The notes beneath the pieces are model-generated. The model did not search any database. It worked only from the letters and a program-made list of their open reading frames with translations, and was not told the DNA's origin. A program made the position numbers and the translations under genes. A stretch of DNA of 64,000 nt from Squalus acanthias (lineage: Eukaryota), in assembly GCA_030390025.1 (NCBI GenBank), contig JASTWF010000033.1:5210001-5274000 (forward strand), in the 5' to 3' direction. The stretch's first letter is position 1, and each line of letters opens with the position of its first letter. Shown piece after piece: positions 1 to 11,882 of this stretch.

Positions 1-3000
1 TTATTCCTCTTGTCTTTTATTCCTCTTGTCTTTTATTCCTCTTGTCTTTTATTCCTCTTGTCTTTTATTCCTCTTGTCTTTTATTCCTCTTGTCTTTTAT
101 TCCATTTGTCTTTTATTCCCCTTGTCTTTTATTCCTCTTGTCTTTTATTCCTCTTGTCTTTTATTCCTCTTGTCTTTTATTCCTCTTGTCTTTTATTCCC
201 CTTGTCTTTTATTCCTCTTGTCTTTTATTCCTCTAGTCTTTTATTCACTTGTCTTTTATTCCTCTTGTCTTTTATTTCCCTTGTCTATTATTCCTCTTGT
301 CATTTATTCCTCTTGTGTTTTATTCCTCTTGTCCTTTATTCCACTTGTGTTTTATTCCTCTTGTCTTTTATTCCCCTTGTCTTTTATTCCTCTTGTCGTT
401 TGATCCTTTCTCTTTTATTCCTCTTGTCTTTTATTACACTTGACTTTTATTCCTCTTGCCTTTTATTCCTCTTGTCTTTTATTCCGCTTGTCTTTTATTC
501 ACTTGTCTTTTATTCCTTTTGTCTTTTATTCCCCTTGTCTTTTATTCCTATTGTCTTTTATTCCTCTTGTCTTTTATTCCTTTTGTCTTTTATTCCTCGT
601 GTCTTTTATTCCTCTTGTCTTTTATTCCTCTTGTCTTTTATTCCACTTGTTTTTTATTAAACTTGTCTTTTATTCCTCTTGTCTTTTATTCCTCTTCCCT
701 TTTATTCCTCTTTTATTTTATTCCTCTTGTCTTTTGTTCCGCTTTTTTTATATTCCTCTTGTCTTTTATTCCCCATGTCTTTTATCCCTCTCCTCTTTTA
801 TTCCTTTTGCCTTTTAATCATCTTGTCTTTTATTCCTCTTATCTTTTATTCCTCTTGTCTTTTATTCCCCTTGTCTTTTATTCCTCTTGTCTTTTGATCC
901 TCTTGTCTTTTATTCCGCTTGTCTTTTATTCCTCTTGTCTTTTATTCCTCTTGTCTTTTATTCCTTTTGTCTTTTATTCCTCGTGTCTTTTATTCCTCTT
1001 GTCTTTTATTCCACTTGTCTTTTATTCCTTTGTCTTTTATTCCTCTTGTCTTTTATTCCTCTTGTCTTTTATTCCTCTTGTCTTTTATTCCTCTTGTCTT
1101 TTATTCCTCTTGTCTTTTATTCCTTTTGTCTTTTATTCCTCTTGTCTTTTATTCCCCTTGTCTTTTTTTCCTCTTGTCTTTTATTCCTCTTGTCTTTTAT
1201 TCCTCTTGTCTTTTATTCCCCTGTCTTTTATTCCTCTTGTCCTTTATACCTTTGTCTTTTTTTCCCCTTGTCTTTTATTCCTCTTGTCTTTTATTCCTCT
1301 TGTCTTTTATTCCTCTTGTCTTTTATTCCCCTTGTCTTTTATTCCTCTTGTCTTTTATTCCTTTTGTCTTTTATTCCCCTTGTCTTTTATTCCTCTTGTC
1401 TTTTATTCCTCTTGTCTTTTATTCCTCTTGTCTTTTATTCCTCTTGTCTTTTATTCCTCTTGTCTTTTATTCCTCTTGTCTTTTATTCCCCTTGTCTTTT
1501 ATTCCTCTTGTCTTTTATTCCTCTTGTCTTTTATTCCCTTGTCTTTTATTCCCTTGTCTTTTATTCACTTGTCTTTTATTCCTCTGTCTTTTATTCCTCT
1601 TGTCTTTTATTCCTTTTGTCTTTTATTCCTCTTGTCTTTTATTCCTCTTGTCTTTTATTCCTCTTGTCTTTTATTCCTCTTGTCTTTTATTCCTCTTGTC
1701 TTTTATTCCTCTTGTCTTTTATTCCTTTGTCTTTTATTCCCTTGTCTTTTATTCCTCTTGTCTTTTATTCCTCTTGTCTTTTATTCCTCTTGTCTTTTAT
1801 TCCTTTGTATTTTATTCCCCTTGTCTTTTATTCCTCTTGTCTTTTATTCCTCTTGTCTTTTATTCCCTTGTCTTTTATTCCTCTTGTCTTTTATTCCTTT
1901 GTCTTTTATTCCTCTTGTCTTTTATTCCTCTTGTCTTTTATTCCTCTTGTCTTTTATTCCTTTTGTCTTTTATTCCTCTTGTCTTTTATTCCTCTTGTCT
2001 TTTATTCCTCTTGTCTTTTATTCCTCTTGTCTTTTATTCCTCTTGTCTTTTATTCCTCTTGTCTTTTATTCCTCTTGTCTTTTATTCCTCTTGTCTTTTA
2101 TTCCATTTGTATTTTATTCCCCTTGTCTTTTATTCCTCTTGTCTTTTATTCCTCTTGTCTTTTATTCCTCTTGTCTTTTATTCCTTTTGTATTTTATTCC
2201 CCTTGTCTTTTATTCCTCTTGTCTTTTATTCCTCTTGTCTTTTATTCCCCTTGTCTTTTATTCCTCTTGTCTTTTATTCCTTTTGTCTTTTATTCCTCTT
2301 GCCTTTTATTCCTCTTGTCTTTTATTCCTCTTGTCTTTTATTCCTCTTGTCTTTTATTCCTCTTGTCTTTTATTCCATTTGTATTTTATTCCCCTTGTCT
2401 TTTATTCCTCTTGTCTTTTATTCCTCTTGTCTTTTATTCCTCTTGTCTTTTATTCCTTTTGTATTTTATTCCCCTTGTCTTTTATTCCTCTTGTCTTTTA
2501 TTCCTCTAGTCTTTTATTCACTTGTCTTTTATTCCTCTTGTCTTTTATTTCCCTTGTCTATTATTCCTCTTGCCATTTATTCCTCTTGTGTTTTATTCCT
2601 CTTGTCCTTTATTCCACTTGTGTTTTATTCCTCTTGTCTTTTATTCCCCTTGTCTTTTATTCCTCTTGTCGTTTGATCCTTTCTCTTTTATTCCTCTTGT
2701 CTTTTATTACACTTGACTTTTATTCCTCTTGTCTTTTATTTCCCTTGTCTTGTTTTCCCCATGTCTTTTAATCGTTTTGTCTTTTATTCCTCTTGTCTTT
2801 TATTCCCCTTTCTTTTATTCCTCTTGTCTTTTATTCCTCTTTTCTTTTATTCCTCTTGTCTTTTATTCTACTTGTCTGTTTTACCTCTTGTCTTTTAATC
2901 CCCTCGTCTTTTATTCACCTTGTCTTTTATTCCCCTTGTCATTTATTGATCTTGTCTTTTATTCCTCTAGTCTTTTATTCCTCTTGTCTTTTATTCCGCT

Positions 3001-6000
3001 TGTCTTTTATTCACTTGTCTTTTATTCCTCTTGTCTTTTATTCCTCTTGTCTTTTATTCCAATTGTCTTTTATTAAACTTGTCTTTTATTCCTCTTGTCT
3101 TTTATTCCTCTTCCCTTTTATTCCTCTTTTATTTTATTCCTCTTGTCTTTTGTTCCGCTTTTTTTATATTCCTCTTGTCTTTTATTCCCCATGTCTTTTA
3201 TCCCTCTCCTCTTTTATTCCTTTTGCCTTTTAATCATCTTGTCTTTTATTCCTCTTATCTTTTATTCCTCTTGTCTTTTATTCCCCTTGTCTTTCATTCC
3301 TCTTGTCTTTTGATCCTCTTGTCTTTTATTCCGCTTGTCTTTTATTCCTCTTGTCTTTTATTCCTCTTGTCTTTTATTCCTTTTGTCTTTTATTCCTCGT
3401 GTCTTTTATTCCTCTTGTCTTTTATTCCACTTGTCTTTTATTCCTTTTGTCTTATATTCCTCTTGTCTTTTATTCCTCTTGTCTTTTATTCCTCTTGTCT
3501 TTTATTCCTCTTGTCTTTTATTCCTCTTGTCTTTTATTCCTTTTGTCTTTTATTCCTCTTGTCTTTTATTCCCCTTGTCTTTTATTCCTCTTGTCTTTTA
3601 TTCCTCTTGTCTTTTATTCCTCTTGTCTTTTATTCCCCTTGTCTTTTATTCCTCTTGTCCTTTATACCCCTTGTGTTTTAATCCCCTTGTCTTTTATTCC
3701 TCTTGTCTTTTATTCCTCTTTTCTTTTATTCCTCTTATCTTTTATTCCTTCTGTATTTTTTATTCCTCTTGCATTTTATTCCTCTTGTCTTTTATTCCTC
3801 TTGGCTTTTATTCCTCTTGTCTTTTATTCCTCTTGGCTTTTATTGCTCTTGTCTTTTATTCCCCTTGTCTTTTATTCCTCTTGTCTTTTATTCCTTTTGT
3901 CTTTTTTTCCCCTTGTCTTTTATTCCTCTTGTCTTTTATTCCTCTTGTCTTTTATTCCTCTTGTCTTTTATTCCCCTTGTCTTTTATTCCTCTTGTCTTT
4001 TATTCCTTTTGTCTTTTATTCCCCATGTCTTTTATTCCTCGTGTCTTTTATTCCTTTTGTCTTTTATTCCTCTTGTCTTTTATTCCTCTTGTCTTTTTTT
4101 CCTCTTTTCTTTTATTCCTTTTGTCTTTTATTCCCCATGTCTTTTATTCCTCGTGTCTTTTATTCCTTTTGTCTTTTATTGCCCTTGTCTTTTATTCCCC
4201 TTGTCTTTTATTCACTTGTCTTTTATTCCTCCTGTCTTTTATTCCTCTTGTCTTTTATTCCTCTTGTCTTTTATTCCTCTTGTCTTTTATTCCTTTTGTC
4301 TTTTATTCCTCTTGTCTTTTATTCCTCTTGTCTTTTATTCCTTTTGTCTTTTATTCCTCTTGTCTTTTATTCCTCTTGTCTTTTATTCATTTTGTCTTTT
4401 ATTCCTCTTGTCTTTTATTCCTCTTGTCTTTTATTCCTCTTGTCTTTTATTCCTCTTGTCTTTTATTCCTCTTGTCTTTTATTCCTCTTGTCTTTTATTC
4501 CATTGGTATTTTATTCCCCTTGTCTTTTATTCCTCTTGTCTTTTATTCCTCTTGTCTTTTATTCCTCTTGTCTTTTATTCCTTTTGTATTTTATTCCCCT
4601 TGTCTTTTATTCCTCTTGTCTTTTATTCCTCTTGTCTTTTATTCCCCTTGTCTTTTATTCCTCTTGTCTTTTATTCCTTTTGTCTTTTATTCCTCTTGCC
4701 TTTTATTCCTCTTGTCTTTTATTCCTCTTGTCTTTTATTCCTTTTGTCTTTTATTCCTCTTGTCTTTTATTCCTCTTGTCTTTTATTCCTCTTGTCTTTT
4801 ATTCCTCTTGTCTTTTATTCCTCTTGTCTTTTATTCCTCTTGTCTTTTATTCCTCTTGTCTTTTATTCCTCTTGTCTTTTATTCCATTTGTATTTTATTC
4901 CCCTTGTCTTTTATTCCTCTTGTCTTTTATTCCTCTTGTCTTTTATTCCTCTTGTCTTTTATTCCTTTTGTATTTTATTCCCCTTGTCTTTTATTCCTCT
5001 TGTCTTTTATTCCTCTTGTCTTTTATTCCCCTTGTCTTTTATTCCTCTTGTCTTTTATTCCTTTTGTCTTTTATTCCTCTTGCCTTTTATTCCTCTTGTC
5101 TTTTATTCCTCTTTTCTTTTATTCCTTTTGTCTTTTATTCCTCTTGTCTTTTATTCCTCTTGTCTTTTATTCCTCTTGTCTTTTATTCCTCTTGTCTTTT
5201 ATTCCTCTTGTCTTTTATTCACTGGTCTTTTATTCCCCTTGTCTTTTATTGCTCTTGTCTTTTATTCCTCTTGTCTTTTCTTCCTCTTTTCTTTTTTTCC
5301 TCTTTTCTTTTCTTCCTCTTTTCTTTTTTTCCTCTTTTCTTTTATTCCTCTTGTCTTTTATTCACTTGTCTTTTATTCCTCTTGTCTTTTATTCCTCTTG
5401 TCTTTTATTGCCCTTGTCTTTTATTCCCCTTGTCTTTTATTCACTTGTCTTTTATTCCTTTTGTCTTTTATTCCTCTTGTCTTTTATTGCTCTTGTCTTT
5501 TATTCCTCTTGTCTTTTATTCCTTTTGTCTTTTATTCCCCTTGTCTTTTATTCCCCTTGTCTTTTATTCACTTGTCTTTTATTCCTTTTGTCTTTTATTC
5601 CTCTTGTCTTTTATTCCTCTTGTCTTTTATTCTTCTTGTCTTTTATTCCTCTTGTCTTTTATTCCTTTTGTATTTTATTCCCCTTGTCTTTTATTCCTCT
5701 TGTCTTTTATTCCTCTTGTCTTTTATTCCTCTTGTCTTTTATTCCTTTTGTCTTTTATTCCTCTTGTCTTTTATTCCTTTTGTCTTTTATTCCCCTTGTC
5801 TTTTATTCCCCTTGTCTTTTATTCCTCTTGTCTTTTCTTCCTCTTTTCTTTTTTTCCTCTTTTCTTTTATTCCTCTTGTCTTTTATTCACTTGTCTGTTA
5901 TTCCTCTTGTCTTTTATTCCTCTTGTCTTTTATTCCTCTTGTCTTTTATTACTTTTGTCTTTTATTCCTCTTGTCTTTTATTGCTCTTGTCTTTTATTCC

Positions 6001-7202
6001 TCTTGTCTTTTATTCCTTTTGTCTTTTATTCCTCTTGTCTTTTATTCCTCTTGTCTTTTATTGCTCTTGTCTTTTATTCCTCTTGTCTTTTATTCCTTTT
6101 GTCTTTTATTCCTCTTGTCTTTTATTTCCCTTGTCTTGTTTTCCCCATGTCTTTTATTCGTTTTGTCTTTTATTCCTCTTGTCTTTTATTCCCCTTTCTT
6201 TTATTCCTCTTGTCTTTTATTCCTCTTTTCTTTTATTCCTCTTGTCTTTTATTCTACTTGTCTGTTTTACCTCTTGTCTTTTAATCCCCTCGTCTTTTAT
6301 TCACCTTGTCTTTTATTCCCCTTGTCATTTATTGATCTTGTCTTTTATTCCTCTAGTCTTTTATTCCTCTTGTCTTTTATTCCGCTTGTCTTTTATTCAC
6401 TTGTCTTTTATTCCTCTTGTCTTTTATTCCTCTTGTCTTTTATTCCACTTGTCTTTTATTAAACTTGTCTTTTATTCCTCTTGTCTTTTATTCCTCTTCC
6501 CTTTTATTCCTCTTTTATTTTATTCCTCTTGTCTTTTGTTCCGCTTTTTTTATATTCCTCTTGTCTTTTATTCCTTTTGTCTTTTAATCATCTTGTCTTT
6601 TATTCCTCTTATCTTTTATTCCTCTTATCTTTTATTCCTCTTGTCTTTTATTCCCCTTGTCTTTTATTCCTCTTGTCTTTTATTCCGCTTGTCTTTTATT
6701 CCTCTTGTCTTTTATTCCTCTTGTCTTTTATTCCTTTTGTCTTTTATTCCTCGTGTCTTTTATTCCTCTTGTCTTTTATTCCTCTTGTCTTTTATTCCAC
6801 TTGTCTTTTATTAAACTTGTCTTTTATTCCTCTTGTCTTTTATTCCTCTTCCCTTTTATTCCTCTTTTATTTTATTCCTCATGTCTTTTGTTCCGCTTTT
6901 TTTATATTCCTCTTGTCTTTTATTCCCCTTGTCTATTATTCCTCTCCTCTTTTATTCCTTTTGTCTTTTAATCATCTTGTCTTTTATTCCTCTTATCTTT
7001 TATTCCTCTTGTGTTTTATTCCTCTTGTCTTTTATTCCTATTTTCTTTTATTCCTCTCGTCTTTTATTCCTCTTGTCTTTTATTCACCTTGTCTTTTATT
7101 CCTCTTGTCTTTTATTCCTCTTTTCTTTTATTCCTCTTGTCTTTTATTCTACTTTTCTTTTTTACCTCTTGTCTTTTATTCCCCTCGTCTTTTATTCACC
7201 TT
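1..7202. repeat. 16-bp tandem satellite, consensus TTATTCCTCTTGTCTT, about 450 copies, truncated by the window start
   Basis: Continuous repetition of ttattcctcttgtctt, with variants (CCCC, CCTT, CACC, CACT) and occasional 15-bp monomers. 14 of 16 bases on the + strand are pyrimidines. Confidence 0.98.
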
Positions 7203-7975
7203 GGGGGAAAAATTCAGCTGCTTGCGCCTCCCGTTAGCGCCTTAAGAGGGCGCTAATGGGGCGTAAAGCAGCTAACGCTCGGGCGCAGCGCCGCCCACGC
7301 CTCCCGAAAAAATTAGTGGGAGGTTAGCGGCGGCGGCAGCCGGTAGCGCCCTGTGGCGCTGCGCCGCCGGCGATGACGTCATCGCCGTGCGCAGCACCAC
7401 GCTCGCGCCCCGGCCGTGATCTTCAGTCGCGCCCCCTGATTTACCGCCAGACGCTATGTCCGACGGGTTCAGGGAGGCGTACGTGCGGCCGGGGCGGCGA
7501 TATTTAAAGGGGAGGTGGCAGGCGGCCATTTTTGTTGCTGGCCGCCTGCCAGCACCTGCCCCCGTTGCTGTCCCCGGCCCCCGTGAAGCCCCCCCACCGT
7601 GAAGTGCCGGCTGCGCTCCAAGAGCCCGGCACTTCTCTTGAGTGCCGGGCTCTTTTGCCGGCACTCCCGATCCCTGGGGACCCAGCTGGGCCCCGGTTCG
7701 CGCTGCGCACGGTCCCTCCCCTTTAAGAAGGGGAGGAAGGCCTGCAATACCGCGGCGCGACGTGCCGCAGCGCGTGGCGCTGCGGCACGTAGCGCCAGGA
7801 TATTCACTCGCAGCGCCCCAAGAGGGATGCGTGGTGCTTCCAGTGGCGCCCCGCTTCCCTCTTGGGGCGCAACCACTGAAGTTCCGGCGCGGGGCCGCTA
7901 ATTTTTTCGGGGCGCTAAAAGTCGCGCCCCGGCGAGGTTAGCGCCCCAAACGGGGCGCGACTCAATTTTTACCCC
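7203..7975 (-). mobile_element. Non-autonomous PIF/Harbinger element (MITE-like, 773 bp), inverted relative to the adjacent autonomous copy
   Basis: Termini GGGGGAAAAATT (7203) and AATTTTTACCCC (7975). The first 88 bp match the reverse complement of 12091-12178 at 81/88 (manual count). The last 35 bp match the reverse complement of 7992-8026 with 2 mismatches. No transposase. GC- and CpG-rich. Confidence 0.85.
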
Positions 7976-8247
7976 AACTTTTATTCCCCTTGGGCTAAAA
8001 ATTAAGTCGCGCCCCGTTTGGGGCGCACATATCGTCCGGGCGCAAAAATTAGCGCCTGGCACTAATTATCGCCACTGACTGGAAACTTCACTTTTACCGC
8101 CCCGGGAGGAGAGTGGAGCGCTAAATCAGGCGCTGCACACCTGTCTTAAGGCGCAAAGGCCAAGGAGTGAGGCGCTAACTCAGAGCGCGAGCGCAGCGCA
8201 GGTGCTGCCAGTTAGCGAGGGAACACAGACACACTGGCGCCGGCCAG

Positions 8248-8259
8248 TTCTTAAAGGGG
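8248..8259 (+). promoter_or_regulatory. TATA-like box TTCTTAAAGGGG upstream of the Myb gene
   Basis: About 100 bp upstream of ATG 8349. Retained in reverse (CCCCTTTAAGAA, about 7719-7730) in the non-autonomous copy. Confidence 0.4.
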
Positions 8260-8348
8260 GGGGCGATCTTGCTCCCCAGCCACACCCTGCTCATTGCAGC
8301 CTTGAATCTCGGCCTGGAGAGACCTGTGAATCCATTTTCCAGCCAAGG

Positions 8349-10201
8349 ATGGAGAGGGTGAGAGAACGAGCTCAGCGCTTCACCGAGCGGGCCTTGGCTG
8401 CTCTGGTTGGCGCGGTGGAGCGCCAAAGAGCAATACTTTACCCAGAGAGTGGCAGGAGGCCTTTGCCGCGCGACTACAGAAGAGTCTGGAGGGAGGTGGC
8501 TCAGCGCGTCTCCTCCAGGAGCATGGTGCCCAGGACCCATGTCCAATGCCGGAAAAAGTTCAACGACTTCACTCGGGTCGTCAGGGTGAGTGGCTTTTTT
8601 GCAATACCTCTCCATCCCTCCATCTCAACCTCACTCTATGGCCAGAGGGTCTTAAAACCACAATTAACAACACTCATCCAACACCTATGGCCCTTTCATG
8701 AAGCACACACACACATTCCATACTTTGCATACAGTAAGGGCTATTCACCTATGGGAGGCACATCAGGCAATACCATGGCTGTATTCAGTAAGGGCTATTC
8801 ACCTATGGGAGGCACATCAGGCAAGACCATGGCTGCATACAGTAAGGGCTATTGACCTATGGGAGGCACATCAGGCAAGAACATGGCAGTATATTTACTC
8901 AGACGCCGTCCTTTTTTTTGCAGGCCAAGCTGGCGTATAATAGGAGACAGCAGCAGCGGACGGGTGGAGGGCGGCCTCAGCTGAAAACCCTCAGCGATCT
9001 GGAAGAGCGCGTCCACAGGATTGTGGCAAGCCGGGTGATCGGTCCCGTCGCCACTGGAGACGCCGACCCCGTTCTGGACAGCAATGGTAAGGTCATCACC
9101 TTTTTGTCCTCTGTCCTTCCACTTGTCCCTCACAACACCAGCCTTTGACACTTTCAATCCAACTTACTAACTCGCTGTACTTTTTCCTCCCTTACTGCCA
9201 CCCTGTCCTCACGCTAAAGCCACTCTTGTACCTCCCTGCTTTCAGATGGTGATTCACCAGCTGAGGAGACGGGCCCTGAAGCTGCCAGTGGGAGTGAAGC
9301 TGCAGCCGAGGAGGAAGAGGAAGCCGGAGCATCAGTGCCACCCTCTCCCGAGGAAGCCCATGCCGACACTGGGAACACGCCTTCCCTGGAGGTGAGCAGG
9401 GGGGAAGGGTCTGATGAGGGTGAAGCTCCAGGACCCAGCGGGCTGCAGCAACGCGATGGGGGTAGGGAAGCTCGGGGGCCTTCTCCCCGGAGGGAGAGTA
9501 TGCCAGCGAGTCCTGCTGCACTCGACGCAGCGGAGGAGCGGCTGATCGCGGAAATGAACACCCAGGCGGTGGGCATGCACACTGAGCTCATGGCTGCAGT
9601 GGGTAGGGTGCCCGAATGCATTGAAGCACTGGCAAGGAGTGTGGAGCACTTCGCTGCAGCGCAGGCGGATGCGACACTGAAGCTCAGTGCTGGAATTCAA
9701 TCTCAGACTGCTCTCATGCAGGCTCAGATTGAGGTCACGCGAGTGCTGTCTGCTGCCATCCTCGCTGGTTCTTTCACATTTCCCCGGGGCTCTAACCGCG
9801 CCGCAGCAGGCCAGCAATCTGTGCTCCAGCAGATTGCTCCGGATGCTGAGGTGCTGCCCCGTGGGAGTGCCAGTGTGCCGGTCGAGCAGAGAGTTGCTGT
9901 CCTCGCTCAAGATGACAGCATTCCTGCTGCCACCACTGTCACTTATCCACTGCACTTGCCACCGCCTGTAGGACAGACTGCTGCCGCCCATGCAGAGTTG
10001 GTGCAGTCTGCAGCCGGGCCCTCCAGGCCCAGAGCTGGTCGAGGCCGTCCCTCAAGGGCATCTGCATTGTCGGGGCCTGACAGTCAGCAGCCTTCCACCA
10101 GCCTTGCTGCAGCCACTGAGGTCCCATTGCGGAGGAGCAGTAGAGTAAGAAGGGGGGAAGTGCGCAAGGGAAGGAGATCACCCTCGAAGGGCAAAAAGTA
10201 G
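8349..10201 (+). CDS. Harbinger Myb/SANT-like (trihelix, MSANTD/NAIF1-type) DNA-binding protein; exons 8349-8585, 8924-9086, 9246-10201; predicted 451 aa
   Basis: Exon 1 reads RAQRFTERALAALV...WREVAQRVS...RTHVQCRKKFND (Myb/SANT signature) and exon 2 contains RTGGG. GT-AG junctions at 8586/8923 (phase 0) and 9087/9245 (phase 1) join into an open 1356-nt frame. An acidic linker, a helical segment and a basic NLS-like tail (RRSSRVRRGEVRKGRR) follow. Confidence 0.88.
8726..8887 (+). repeat. 54-bp minisatellite, 3 copies, inside intron 1 of the Myb gene
   Basis: CAGTAAGGGCTATT(C/G)ACCTATGGGAGGCACATCAGGCAA recurs at 8732, 8786 and 8840. Confidence 0.9.
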
Positions 10202-10228
10202 GAGGTGTGACAAAATGTTGGTCATTTT

Positions 10229-10237
10229 TTTATTAAA
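10229..10237. terminator. Overlapping bidirectional polyadenylation signals between the convergent Harbinger genes
   Basis: TTTATTAAA gives AATAAA on the - strand (10229-10234) and ATTAAA on the + strand (10232-10237). Further hexamers lie at 10329 (-) and 10379 (+). Confidence 0.45.
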
Positions 10238-10512
10238 GGCCGAGTTTCGTGGTCAAACTTTTGTTTAGTGTTTTGGACATTATCTCCAGGTTATGAGAAC
10301 CAGTTATGGTAATGACTGTTTTTTGGTGTTTATTTCTATTAGTTTGTCATGAAGAAATGACACACACAGAGTTTGTAAAATAAATAAGTTTTTGTATGCA
10401 AAATATACGTGTTTGGTGTTTGGAATCATTGGTGCCTTGGCCGGCTTAGGGGTTGCGTGTTGGGTTCTTTCATGTTGTTCTCAATGGCAGAAGCCATTTC
10501 CACAGCAGGGGC

Positions 10513-11673
10513 CTAGAAGCGGCTTGCTATCAGCCGTTGACGGACGGCCCTTGCAGTTTCACCATTGTGGGCCGCCCTCACGCCTTGGTGCTGCTGATGA
10601 TCATCCTCCTCCTCCTCTTCCTCTTCTTCCTCCTCCTCCTCTGATGGTGCTCCAAGGCCTGGTGGCATTGGCTGGGTCTTCAGGATTGCCATGTTATGCA
10701 GCATGCAGCACACAACTACGAAGTTGGGAACTCGCTCAGGCGAGTACTGCAGGGCTCCTCCAGAATGGTCCAGACAGCGGAACCGTTGCTTGAGCACGCC
10801 GATTGTGTGCTCCACGATGTTCCTGGTAGCTTGATGGCTCTCGTTGTACCGCAGCTCAGCATGGGTGTTGGACGTAGGGAGCGGTGTCATCAGCCAGGTG
10901 CTCAGTGGATACCCCTTGTCCCCGAGAAGCCAACCAACTGGCTGATGCGGTGCCTCGAAAAGTTCTGCTACAGTAGTCTGGCGCAGGATGAAAGCATCGT
11001 GGCAGCTGCCAGGATAGTGGGCATTGACAGCGAGTATCAGCTGTCTGTGGTCACAGACCAACTGAACATTCAAGGAATGGAACCCCTTTCTGTTCCGGAA
11101 ATCCTTGGCATTCTCATGCGGAGCACGCAAACCCACATGCGTGCAGTCAATGGCGCCCTGCACCATGGGGAAGCCCGCTATCCTCGGAAAGCCCAGAGCA
11201 CATTCTTGCTGCTTGTCTGGGGTCATGGGGAAAGAGATGAACTCTCGTCTCCTTTTAAAGAGGGCATTTGTGACCTTCCTGGTGCAGCAGTGCACCGCAA
11301 ACTGGGAGATATTGGCGATGTCCCCAACAGCAGATTGAAATGAGCCAGTAGCATAAAAGTTCAGAGCCACTGTGACCTTCACTGCCACCGACAGAGACGT
11401 CCTGGACCTCAGCTGAGGCTGCAGATCTGGCTGCAGCAGGTGGCAGAGCTCAGTGACCACCTCCTTGCTGATGCGCAGCCTTCGCAGACACTGCTCCTCA
11501 GACATATGAATGTAGGAGAGCTGTTCACGATATATCCTGGGAGGGTAAGCTCTCCTGTACAGACGCCTGTTGGCCCTCCTCCATCTGGCCATCATTGCCA
11601 CTCTCTCTCTGCGTCTCTGTGTCCTCCGATTCAGCTGGCGCAGGACGACGCCCCCCATCAGTGCAGCCCCCAT
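10513..11673 (-). CDS. Harbinger DDE transposase (HARBI1-like, DDE_Tnp_4 family), single exon, 386 aa from the first ATG
   Basis: Motifs GAIDCTH, NRKGFHSLNVQ, PGSCHDAFIL, LLGDKGY, RNIVEHTIGVLKQRFRCL and CCMLHN, plus a poly-E tail. No stops or frameshifts. Confidence 0.95.
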   Translation of the reverse strand: MGAALMGGVVLRQLNRRTQRRRERVAMMARWRRANRRLYRRAYPPRIYREQLSYIHMSEEQCLRRLRISKEVVTELCHLLQPDLQPQLRSRTSLSVAVKVTVALNFYATGSFQSAVGDIANISQFAVHCCTRKVTNALFKRRREFISFPMTPDKQQECALGFPRIAGFPMVQGAIDCTHVGLRAPHENAKDFRNRKGFHSLNVQLVCDHRQLILAVNAHYPGSCHDAFILRQTTVAELFEAPHQPVGWLLGDKGYPLSTWLMTPLPTSNTHAELRYNESHQATRNIVEHTIGVLKQRFRCLDHSGGALQYSPERVPNFVVVCCMLHNMAILKTQPMPPGLGAPSEEEEEEEEEEEEDDHQQHQGVRAAHNGETARAVRQRLIASRF

Positions 11674-11870
11674 ATCTCTAAGCAAGCAAAGTTATGAAGG
11701 CCAGAAACCAAAGTACCAGCAAAGTTAGGATGAGTCGCCAAAACTACCTGACACAGCGTTGACTCAATGCAGAAGTCTCTCTTTCTCTCTCTCCGAATCT
11801 CTCTCTCTCTCTCAGAACGAGTGGTGCAAAAATGTCCACCACAGAGAAAGACAGGAAGAGGCCCCCTTTA

Positions 11871-11882
11871 AATAGAGCCCCC
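11871..11882 (-). promoter_or_regulatory. TATA-like box TATTTAAAGGGG upstream of the transposase
   Basis: About 200 bp upstream of the ATG, with a (GA)n tract between them. The same motif is retained at 7501 in the non-autonomous copy. Confidence 0.45.

Noticed and set aside
10..7256. Very long hydrophobic ORFs (up to 1159 aa, SFIPLVFYSSCLLFLL repeats)
   Set aside because: Artefact of a 16-bp unit with no + strand stop codon. All three frames give the same peptide and start at non-ATG codons.
8349..11673. Domesticated host genes HARBI1 / NAIF1
   Set aside because: The convergent pair lies inside TIR-bounded ends with a cognate non-autonomous copy, and the transposase is intronless. This is a transposon, so no gene symbol is given.
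7272..11697. Overlapping and antisense ORFs in the Harbinger elements (for example 7469-7876, 9332-9991, 10696-11343)
   Set aside because: Shadow ORFs of GC-rich or coding sequence with no recognisable domains.
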